DNA from: Dendrobates tinctorius
Taxonomy: Eukaryota
NCBI RefSeq assembly: GCF_039654945.1
Contig: NW_027361908.1
Span: 7,874,001-7,938,000 of the forward strand
Reading direction: 5' to 3'
DNA length: 64,000 bases
Shown piece by piece: positions 38,048 through 49,160 of this stretch. Numbering within the stretch: position 1 is the stretch's first letter; every line of letters begins with the position of its first letter. The notes below the pieces were generated by a model. It saw only the letters and a program-made list of their open reading frames with translations, had not been told where the DNA came from and made no database searches. The position numbers and the translations under genes were made by a program.

Positions 38048-39562
38048 TATATACTCGTGTATAAGCCGACCCCCCTAATTTTGCCACAAAAAACTGGGAA
38101 AACTTATTGACTCGCGTATAAGCCTTGGGTGGAAAATGCAGCAGCTACTGGTAAATTTAAAAATTTAAAATAGATACCAATAAAAGTAAAATTAATTGAG
38201 ACATCAGTAGGTTAAATGTTTTTGAATATCCAAATTGAATTAGGAGCCCCATATAATGCTCCATACAGTTCATGATGGCCCCATAAGATGCTCCATAGAA
38301 AATACGCCCCACATAATGCTGCACATAGGTTAATAATGCCCCATAAGATGCTCCATAGAATAATATGCCCCATATAATGCTCCATAAAGGTTATGGCCCC
38401 ATAAGATGCTCCATAGATTATGCCCCATAAGATGTTCCATAGATTATACCCCCATATGCTGCTAAATAGATTATGCCCAATAACATGCACCATAGATTAT
38501 GTCCCAATAAGATGCTCTATAGATTATGCCCCATATGCTGCTCCATAGATTATGCCCCCATATGCTGCTCCATAGACTATGCCCCCATATGCTGCTCCAT
38601 AGAATATGCCCCATATGCTGCTCCATAGAATATGCCCCATATGCTGCTCATAGAATCATAGAATCATAAAATCATATAGTTGGAAGGGACCTCCTGGGCC
38701 ATCTGATCCAACCCCCTGCTCAAAGCAGGATTTGCTAAATCATCCCAGACAGATATCTGTCCAGCCTCTGTTTGAAGACTTCTATTGAAGGAGAACTCAC
38801 CACCTCTCGTGGCAGCCTGTTCCACTCATTGATCACTCTAACTGTCTAAAAGTTTTTTCTGATATCTAATCTGTGTCTCCTCCCATTCAGTTTCATCCCA
38901 TTGCTCCACAGAATATGCCCCCATATGTTGCTCCATAGATTATGCCCCCATATGCTACTCCATAGAATATGCCCCCATATACTGCTGCTGCAAAAAAAAA
39001 ATGCCATACTCTCCTCTCCTGCTCATGACTCGGCACCTGAGATATTCACCGGTCTGGGGTCCATTGCTGCTCACCATCGCTGCTCACCGCTGTCTGCCAC
39101 GTCATCTGTCAGTGACTGTTCAGCCAGCAGGGGGTGCGGTGCGCACTAACAATGTCACCGTGCCCCCTGCTGGCTAAACGTCACTGACACAGGAAGCTAC
39201 AGACAGCGGTGTGCAGCGTGGGAACGGGAACAGGTGAATATCGCTATAGTCACCCCACCTGGCACGGTCTCTGCAGCCCGGCTTCTCCACTGTCTCCCTT
39301 CCTGCCTTCAGCGGTCACTTTATACCGCTCATTACACTCATGAATATGCCCATATTCATGAGTTTAATGAGCTGTACCACATGACCGCTGAAGGCAGGAA
39401 GGGAGACCTGGAGAAGCGGGGGGCTGCAGAGACAATGCCGGCAGTATGATCTCTGAAACCCCCGCTGACCCCCAGGTATATGACTCGTGTATAAGACGAG
39501 AGGGGGACTTTCAGCCCCAAAAAATGGGCTGAAAATCTCGTCTTATACATGAGTATATACGG
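38048..39562. mobile_element. Non-autonomous pogo/Tigger-like element with internal minisatellite
   Basis: GTATATACTCGTGTATAAGCCGA ... TCGTCTTATACATGAGTATATACGG-TA ends. ~25-bp CCCCATATGCTGCTCCATAGA repeats at 38245-38990. Confidence 0.75.
38650..38902 (-). mobile_element. Short CR1 3' end inserted in the minisatellite
   Basis: (ATAGAATC)n tail, homologous to 27148-27400. Confidence 0.85.
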
Positions 39563-40721
39563 TATATATATATTTTTTCTTATTCCTGGAGTGCCGTCAA
39601 TCTTCATTAACAATTTTAATATACTGTAACTATTTAATATCTATTAATCTTATATACAAATCTTTGCATCACTAAAACCATTAACAACCACCATTATAAT
39701 CAATATTGTGAAGTTAGTCCAATATCTTGGTCTTTTCAAGCTACATACATGCTCTAGAGTTGGTACATAGCGCCAATATTTGTTATGAAGTTTTGAGTTC
39801 TCCCCCTTTTCATTCTTGTGTAGCACGGCGCAGAGTGGTAGCCGCATGCAAGGCACTCGTCTTCTCCTGTGACACCCTGGCATGCTACATGAAGGAGTGG
39901 GTCCTGGCTGGGCATTGGTGTTGGTGCTGTGAGGGCCTTGCACCAGTGCAGGCTGCCTGTAGCCAAAGATGTTGGCTGGCCAGGACAATAGGTTTCAAAG
40001 ACCAATAAAGGAGACTCCTGTTCTAAAACACAGTTTTAAGAGAACGGTTAATTGGCAAGGGTTATGTACAAAGGGTAGCAGGGGCAAAGTTTTATGGATT
40101 TTTCTTTCACAGTGTATCACATTTTCCCACACCTGGTTTCCATCTCTGTAGTCTACTCCAGTACCGGTGAAGCACACTGTTTAGTCCCACTTAGTCACAG
40201 CACAGCTCATCACCACAGTCCTGATCAGCAAGCCTCTCTAGCTGCTCAGCAGCTCTACGTTTTATTTCTTCCACTACTGACGCCCTGGATCTACTGCTTT
40301 GGACCCTCACAAATTCAGTTCTGATAGCTTCGGCACTTTTCAGGCACAGGGCTGCTAGCAGCACATCATCCTATCGAAAGACCTTTTAAGGTGGAAGGCC
40401 TCTGTGCCTAGTCTTTGGCCAGTTTCAGGTTGTGCTACTCCCTTGTCCCTAAGTCTCCTTCTCAGTAGTTCATCCAAATGGCAGCACTGCTCATAGACAC
40501 TTCCTACATTTACTTGAACTTGTCCCTATCTGCCTAGCTACAGGAAATCATTTCTTTCCCTAACACTAAAACCATTATGGGCTTGTCCCGGACAGTAACA
40601 CTTTCTTACCCTAATGACACTACCTAACTACAGTCAACTATCTTCATTACCTATCTTATGTCCTGAGCCCCAAACTATGTCTTACCCTATGCTATACACT
40701 ATGTCCTACACTACTGTACAT

Positions 40722-40907
40722 CAGTTTTCCCCAACTCCAGTCCTTAAGAGCCACCAACAGGACATGTTTTCAGGATTTCCTTAGTATTGCTCAGGTGTTT
40801 GAATTCTTGTCTGCCCAGGTGATGCAATTATCGCCTGTGCAATACTAAGGAAATCCTGAAAACATGACCTGTTGGTTGCTCTTGAGGACCAGAGTTGGGT
40901 AACACTG
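40722..40907. mobile_element. hAT-type MITE (CAG..CCCCAACTCC family)
   Basis: Palindromic, with TSD CTGTACAT/CTGTACAG. Same family as 59196-59357. Confidence 0.8.
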
Positions 40908-41124
40908 CTGTACAGTATATTATTATATAATATACAAGAACAAAGGCAAACACCACAATACAATATAATTTACAGGACACATTATATACAAAAGATACAT
41001 TACACACAACATGATTGATTTCTTCAGGGGTAGGAATGAAACAATGCAGTCAACACCCCTTACAGTTGAATATAACATCATCCTGTTCCTTTGAAATACG
41101 TACTCCACAGGACAATGGCTGCCC

Positions 41125-41963
41125 TCTCTTCCCAGTCCCCAAGCTTGCTGTCTCACGGTAACCCTTGACTCTGACTCATATCCAAACCCTTTCCACTTCC
41201 TGATGACTCAAAATCAAAAATATTTCCAGGATCCGCACATTACTCAACCAAGAATCTGCAACAGCACAAGTGCATTCACCCCACATCTCCCACCTTGACT
41301 ACTGCAACCTCTTGCTCTGTGGCCTCCACTCTAACAGTCACACACCTCTCCAATCGATCCTAAACTCTGTTGCCAGGCAAATCCACCTATCTCCCGCTAT
41401 TCCTTGACCTTTCTTCTCTGTGAATTCCTACACTGGCTCCACATTGCCCACAAACTGCAGTTCAAAACCCTAACCTTGGCATACAGAGCGATCCACAACC
41501 TATCACCTTTATACATCTGTGACCTAGTCTCCTGATACATACCTGCACGCAACCTTCGATCCTTACAAGATCTACTTCTCTACTTCCCTCTTATTTCCTT
41601 TTTCCACAATCACATACAAGCTTTTTCTCATGTATGCCTCCTACTGTGGAATGTTCTACCGCAACGCATCAGACTCTCGCTTAACATGGAAACCATGGAA
41701 ACCTTCAAAAGGAACCATGGAGACCTACTTCTTCAGACAAGCCTACAACCTGCAGTAACCCTCGTTCAAACAAACCACTGCATGACCAGCTCTACCCTCA
41801 CATACTGTATCCTCACCCATACCTTGTAGACTGTGAGCCCTAGTGGGCAGGGATCTCTTTTCTCCTGTACCAGTCGACGACTTATTTTGTTAAAGATAAT
41901 TGTACTTGTTTTTGGTTATCTACACCTCTTTTCTCATGCAAAGCACCATGGAATAAATGGTGC

Positions 41964-41999
<36 letters not shown>

Positions 42000-42000
42000 T
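41125..42000 (+). mobile_element. L2-clade LINE 3' fragment
   Basis: Inverted homologue of 33971-34800, with an (AAT)n tail at 41965-42000. Confidence 0.82.
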
Positions 42001-42344
42001 ACACACCACCTACAGTAACACAGGTTTGAATAATATCTTACCACAGTAGATATCTACTGTATAACACAGGTATTAGATGATGTTGAATTTGAACATTTAT
42101 GAGCATTGAGCTGGCTGAATTACTTCTAAATTATTCTTGATTTAATAATAACTATGTGATTTAAATAATATGCTGCTTGAAAGGTTTGTCCAATTTCATA
42201 AGAAAAGTCAACAATCTTTGTGACTACTGACTGTTTCACTTACAGTGTGCAATACACGCACTGTCACTAATTTCCTTTATTCCAAGTATGGTTGGATGGT
42301 CACATTGCTGCATGTATACGATTTGCAAACCTGCAGTCACATTC

Positions 42345-42700
42345 TAGAAGACCAAAGAGCTATCGACGGACGCTAGAAACAAAATTGTAGCCCTGCATCA
42401 GGCTGGGAAGACTGAATCTGCAGTAGGCAAGCATATCGGTGTGATAAAATCAACTGTGGGAGCAATAACAAGAAAATGGAAGCCATACAAGACCACTGAT
42501 GATCTCCCTCGATCTGAGTTCCACGAAAGATCTCACCCCGTGGGGTAAAAATGATCACAAGAACGATGAGCAATAATCTCAAAACTACGCAGGAGGACCA
42601 AGTGAATGACCTGCATAGAGCTGAGACCACTGTAGCAAAAATCTCAAAACTACACAGGAGGACAAAGTGAATGACCTGCATAGAGCTGAGACCACTGTAA
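42345..42700 (+). mobile_element. Tc1 transposase 5' fragment with a terminal ~53-bp tandem duplication
   Basis: KTKELSTDARNKIVALHQAG reading; duplicated AATCTCAAAACTAC...GAGACCACTGTA. Confidence 0.7.
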
Positions 42701-44631
42701 CTTCAATATTGGACTAATTTTTTGATGGCGATTATGATGGTGCTTGCTACATTGTTTCTTTATTGATGTGAAGATTTTTATTTGCAATCTTATAATATTT
42801 ATTAATTCATTTAAATGAGGATTGAGGATTATTGACTGTGCCTGGTTTATTTTGTAAAGTCTAAATAAGTTAGTTTGCAATTACCCAAGGTTTTATGCAA
42901 ATTTTACCCCACACATGCAATCTTAGTATAAAAATAAAATTAATTTTTGATCCCAAGATTTCTGTTTTAACTTTCATCTCTAGACATTACCCATTCTCAT
43001 CAAGATAAAGCACTTGTCTTCAGAAAATGACCTTCGTCTATTCTATTGCCAGCAGAAATGCTTCACATGGCTGGCCAGCTTACATAATCAAATCTCTAGG
43101 TATTGTATGCTGTGTTTCTAAGAATGATGTATATAGATGACTAATTAAATTTATAGATATAGGACAAAATAGTATGCACTGTCAAATGCCATTGTGAAAC
43201 GTGCAGAGATTTCCCAACAAGGTCTTGAAAGTAGTCTCAAAATGTTTTGATTTTTTTTTTTTTTTTGCAAAATGTAGTGTTATCAGTGCAGAAAAGGGTC
43301 ACATACTGTAGATGTCCAAGGAGCTGCTCATATCATGATCTTGGCATTCCCTGCTGTCTACAGCTCAACTGTGTGGTACCGCCAAATTCCTTTTTTATGG
43401 TTTTCAAACATACTCACTTAACAGATATTGAGATTGTAATGTGAACTGCCCTTAACCTGTTCAAAGATATAGAATTTTTTTTATAATACTTTTATTACGA
43501 CTGAGAAAAAATAGGAGCAGTAAAATGGCTAAATAACATTATTTTTCCTTGTGTCACATCATTCAAATATATCACCAGTCATTCAGACTTGCTGGTTTCC
43601 ATGAGTTGTACATCATTCTTTCTGCTAAAACTGATATATGTGCACTGGCTGCTTTAACTTTGGTATGTTTGCTGTTTTTATGATACTGCTCATGTTGGAT
43701 TTTAAATGTGCATTTCACCTCTTAAAAGTTTTAGGAGCGATGTCCGTTAAGGTTACAACTTGACACATTGCTGTCAGGTTGTTCTTTTTTTACCTCCTTG
43801 AAGGAACAGAAGTGTAATTCAGCTGGTGAAAAGTGTTTTTTTGTGTATTCATCTGCGAATAGAGTTATTCACATTAATTGATGCTTGTTAGGACACACTG
43901 CCTCCAATGTTCTACTTCCTTAGAAACTTATAATAATGGATACACATTATTTTTGTACATCCAAAATGTTGGCTTTGCATTTGGAAGAAAAGTTCAGCTA
44001 TTATTCAGAAATGCAAATATAGCTTATGCTGCAAAGTATAGTTAGTTTAAGCCAGTCAGTTCCTGTCTGAGTCTTCCTCCCATATTCAAAATTCCAAATG
44101 CTTTTCATGTCTCCTTACTAAGTGCTCTGGTCTTTAAATAATGTTCTCCTACTGTAAAGAAAGCTTATGCATCTGCCCCTGATCCTAACATAGAGTGTGC
44201 TATCAACCATATTCTAGACTGTGAGAAGGTTAGTGGGAACCTCGTTTTTCTGAGGAGACATAATGCCAAGCACCCGCTTTCTTCCAGTATGATTCTTTGT
44301 GGAAAGAGGGTGGGGATGCTGTTAGGCTAGGTTCACATTTGCGTTTGATTCCGCAGCGTATCATTCGTATTCCCAAATGCATGCAAACGCATGTTTATGC
44401 AGCGTTTTTTATCCACATCATCTAACGCATGATGTCAAAAAAGCTGCGTTTACATGCGTGTGTATGTGTTTTTGCATGCGTTTGCATTTTTATGCGCATG
44501 CGTGCGATTGGACATCAAACAAAAATGGGAATGTCTCATGGGATTTCTATTTACATTTACATCAATAGTACAGTTAGTTCATGTGAGACTGAATGTACAA
44601 ACCCAAAGACTTACTAATGAACCCGTACACT

Positions 44632-45707
44632 TGTGACACCCCAGAGTCCAGTTTTCACAGTGACATTGCCTCCCTCTAAGGGGTAAGGTCATGCCTGGAG
44701 GCAGGAGGGGGACCCCATGCCAGGTAACATAGATTACATGACAATTCCTGCTGCAGTTCAGAAAGGAGAGCTTCCTTATAAATTCTGGCCAGCAGATTGA
44801 GTTAGTGAGTCAGCAAGAAGTCAGCAGAGAGAGCGTGAACAGGGGAGTTGTCATGGAAACGAGAGGAGCTGAGCTCATGATAGGACAGTTAGTCAGTTGG
44901 TGACGGGGAGTCAATCTGTGAAGAGGGAAAAGACAGGAGCGGAGACAAGAGGCTCTGGGGAAGCTGAAATTGCATATAGATGACCCCAGAGCAAAGCGCT
45001 GATGTAGAAAAAGGACGCCAGAGTCCTAGGTTGAGCAGGAGCTGTATGCCCTGATCGCCGGATCTGGAAGTACAGGGGACTGCAAGTTCCTTAGCGACAT
45101 CGAACACCTGAAGGCACGGCAGCAGATCAAGAGCCCGGGCTGATAGTGAAAAGGACAGTACCCGTGATATAGGCTCACGCTGTCAGCCATACAGGTTAGA
45201 AACCATCACACAAGAGAGAGGGTCACAGCTTAGTTACAAACAGCTGGGGCTCGAAAACAAAGGTCCCAAACCCCACCTGGGAGGGTGGATCCCCTGAATG
45301 CCTCCAGGCGAGCCGGACTCAATCCATCACCTGAATGTGGTACCCCGGATTGCAACCACTTGCAAGTAAAAGGTAAAGAAACCTGCACCTTTCTGTGTTC
45401 TCTTATTTCTCTGCACCCCAACATTCACTGCCATCTGAACCATTAATCAAATATCTTTGCCCTGGGGACCCTGTTCTACCTGTGGGGACCTGAACCATTC
45501 TTTGCTGCATCACCATCAGCCCTAGAGGACCAAAAACCGCAGCGTCGGCCATTCTTTGCCGAACACCACTGGTGGCATTCAACATTGCACAACTTTCCTC
45601 TATTTTATTACTGGACGCCCAGGACCACGGACCGGGTCACCGTGACATCACCCATTGAAGTGAACGGGCCCTGTACCGAGTAACCTAAGGCCCTACGGGG
45701 TGCTCCA
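44632..45707. mobile_element. Solo LTR (Gypsy-like)
   Basis: TGTGACACCCC ... GGGGTGCTCCA ends with a 4-bp TSD CACT on both sides. Confidence 0.75.
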
Positions 45708-47238
45708 CACTGCTCTGTGGGCATTGGTCATGCAGGAGCCTTAGACAATTTCACTAATTGGTGATTGTCTCAGGACCCGGACACTCACTTACAGTATAGG
45801 AAACACTATGCAGTGCCTATATATAAAAGCTGTTATGAATGTATGGTTACCCTTTAAGTAAACTTTATGCTTAGTTATCTTTTGCCTAGGAGTTTGTTTT
45901 GCTGGTTCTCTTAGCTGGCAATCTTTGAACTCTCCTGTTTGTTTCTATAATCTGTATTTAATTCCTGACTCAGACCTGTTTCTAACCTTTCATCTGTTGT
46001 AAGCATAACAAACTTTTTTCTGGAGCTGTTCAAATTATAAATGCTGCCACAACAGACTACTGTACATGAGCAAAACAACCTACTTTTCCTGTTTATTATG
46101 ACTGCCAGCAGCTATCCATTTGATTGCTGATTAATCATTTATGTTCTGCAAACATAATGAACTCTGCTATGGTGCTGTTCACATTACAAATGCTGCTGTA
46201 TGTCCTGGAAAGACTACGTCTTCGACTCCAATATCTGTCTGCACTAGAGATGAGCGACTTTGCCTTTTTTTTTGGGTCGAGTCGGGTTTCAAGAAACCCG
46301 ACTTTCGCAAAAGTCAGGTCGAACGAAATCGGCCACTTATCGTGAAAAGTCAAAGGCCGACTGAAACACGAAACCCAATGTACATTAATGGGGAAGAAAA
46401 GTCGGCAGTGAGTGGAGGACAGGAAACACACCTAGAGTGCCCATTTTAATGCCAAAAACATCAATTCCTATTCCTTAAGCTTGTCAACCTTAATTTACTT
46501 TATAGTAATAGTTAAGCATTGAAAACTGGGGGTTATTTGGCTAAAGTTGTGGGGTGCAGTGCTGGCTTCAGATTTTCGTGGGCCCAGGGCCAAAGAGTGT
46601 CACTGGGCTCCTTTAACACATGACACAATTCATGATCCTTTGATACGGCAGAGAAATAGCGGTACAGTACAATGAAAAATACTTCAATTCTTACATCACA
46701 TGACTGATATCCATTTTAAATTCCCCTATAGCTCCAAAAACAGACAGTATATTCCTCCATAAAGTATTATGGCCACCGCATAGTGCGCCTTACAGAGTAA
46801 TGAGGCCCATATATTTCTCCATACAGAATCATTGGTCCCATATAATGTTCGATACAGTATATGATGAGCTCCACATATTGCTACAGTATATGTTGCTCAC
46901 CATGGATGAAGCTCCAGTGTCTTATGGGCCCAAATAATGCTCCATATATAATGGGCCCCATTTCTAAGGCTCCAGTGTATAATGTGCCCTGTAAATGCTG
47001 CTTCAGTGACTGATGTCCACCTTTGGAATGCTACAGTGTATGGTGGGCCCCAGATATCATTCTCCAGAGTATCGTGCTCCCCAAAAATTGCTCCCAACCT
47101 TTAAAACAATTAAATAAGTCTCCTCGCTGGGGAATCCCTGTACTCTGGACTCCTCGTCTTCCCCATCTTCCATCTCTCTGCACTTGGACTTACAGACGTG
47201 ATGTCATCGCGCTCTTTGACCAGAATGTCACTGTCAGG

Positions 47239-47661
47239 AAAAGTGTTTGGTTTCCGGGGGAAGTATGGTTGCAAAGCTGAACCTTAAAGGAATGTCCAGA
47301 AGGGCACCACCAGGAGTGGAGCCTGCAGCTTAATTGGACTAAACACGGGCAACCTCAACCAAGCCATCCACAAAAAAGCTGCACAGATTGCAAGCTTAAT
47401 TCCGTTTGAGAACGAGACTCAAGCATGCCCCCGCGGTCCACGTCCAGCTTACTAGAGGGACACGCGAGGCTCTGGCATGCGAGATCAGCCAATAACAGGT
47501 CTGTCATTCCCTTACATGTCTGGGGCTGCATGCGTGCTACAATTAAAGGACCAGCGTGTATCGCTTACAGATGCGGATAACACGCTGAACCCCGTTAGTG
47601 ATGGGGATCTGGGATTACAATTCTTCCTCGCGAACAAGCATTTCCCAGTGAGTGCAAGTCA
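47239..47661 (+). pseudogene. Degenerate 18S rRNA gene fragment (3' major domain) carried inside hAT copy 2
   Basis: Collinear matches to conserved 18S segments: AGTATGGTTGCAAAGCTGAA, AAGGGCACCACCAGGAGTGGAGCCTGC, TTAATTCCG..GAACGAGACTC, TAGAGGGACA, CAATAACAGGTCTGT..CCCTTA.ATGTC.GGGGCTGCA.GCG.GCTACA, GTGATGGGGATC..GATT.CAATT, TTCCCAGT.AGTGC. Confidence 0.88.
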
Positions 47662-47724
47662 ACCGTAATTCCGGAATTAGGCCTAAACGGCATTCCAGAG
47701 AGAATGTGAAAAAATTAAGTGTCC

Positions 47725-48080
47725 AAATAACAGGTGCTGTAGCTTGCTTAACAGCTGGGCACCTCTGCTGAGTAGCACACAGTTCTAACATAAACAGGCG
47801 GCATAGCTTGGTTCACGGGTGGCCAACTCTGCTGAGTAGCATACACAGTTACTAGGCCCAAAGTATTAAGTGGTGTAAATGCAGTCAAAAACTGGTTCTT
47901 TCATAAACAGGTGGCATAGCTCGGTTCACGGGTGAGCTCCTCTTCTGAGTAGCAGACACAGTTACTAGGCCCAAAAGGATTTTCAGGACAATATGCGGTA
48001 AAAAATTATTAGAACACACACGGTGTAGCTCCTTCACAGGTGTACTACACCACTGGCTACCAGACACCGCTACTATGCCC
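47725..48080. repeat. Degenerate direct repeats (AACAGGTGGCATAGCT...CTGAGTAGCAGACACAGTTACTAGGCCC)
   Basis: 3-4 diverged units. Confidence 0.65.
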
Positions 48081-48599
48081 TAAAGCTGTCTATTATCATT
48101 GAAAACCATTATTAATGTGAAAAAAGATACGCTTTTGTTTAACGAAACGTTCTCGAACGGAAACTCGAACAGCTGAATTTTAATCAAAGTGTTGGAGTTC
48201 GACGAATGGATCTAACACCATCCAAAACAGCTAGAATTTGAACTTGGCCAACAGTTCCACTCAAACACCACTCATCTGTAATCAGGAGGCAGACTCAGAT
48301 GGTCTCAGGCACAGTATGGATTTGACAAGATTGCAGAAAGTTGAGAAAGGGTACAGTATCACCGGATAACAGGTATATACTGTATAGCATAGTTTAAACA
48401 TTTAAAATCTCCGTGTTTATTTCCAGAGTCCGACAAAGACACTCACAGCCTCAGTATAGATTAGACAACAATCTAAAGTAGAAAAAAAGGAAATGTTTTT
48501 GAAGTGTACACCAGTATACACTGATGGGGTATTTTTAAATCTTCATATATATTTCTGTCTCAGTAAGACAGTCCAGACTCTCCGCAAGAGGAAACGAGA

Positions 48600-49160
48600 T
48601 GGCTAAAAGTACAGACATAGAGTTGAGTGATTGCAGAAATTTAGGAATTACTAATCAGGGGAAAAACTCCTGGGAGAATTCTCAGAGGTGATGCTTACCC
48701 TCAATTACTTTGTGTGTGGAGACAGCGAAAACAGTTCTTTGTGAAGAAAGGGTTGCTGATCCCATCACCGTTACTCATCTCCATCAAATTTTGATCACAG
48801 GGAGAGATGTAGACATGGTCCTCACTGCCTATCATGATCTGTCAGGTAACTTTGGAGTGCAAAAGACAGAAGCCACAGGCTGTAGGCTATTCTACTGGAT
48901 TGGCATGAGAGGGCACATTTAAAAATATGGGCAGGAATGTCACACGTCTGTGAGTAGGAAAACTGTGAAAGCTGATGATAAACCATCACTGCATCTCATT
49001 GTGAGTCGACGTCCATAAGAAATGGAAGCCATTGATCATCTGAAGCTAGAGCCCGGCCAGCATGACAGGGCATAGCTACGTCTTAACCATCATCTATCAG
49101 GTCACCAAATTTGTAGTGGCAGTCCCAGGGAAGGATTTGACAGCCCAGACTACACAGCGG
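48600..49160 (+). pseudogene. Captured Gypsy-type integrase fragment in hAT copy 2 (homologous to 2590-3140)
   Basis: VLTAYHDLSGNFGVQKTEATGCRLFYWIGMRGHI. Antisense to the transposase, as in copy 1. Confidence 0.8.

Noticed and set aside
39818-41110. Possible solo LTR starting TGTAGCAC
   Set aside because: No matching end with a TSD could be identified, so it is left unannotated.
47239-47661. Functional rDNA unit or contaminant 18S
   Set aside because: It is partial and internally deleted, has substitutions at invariant positions, lacks ITS/5.8S/28S, and is embedded in transposon DNA.
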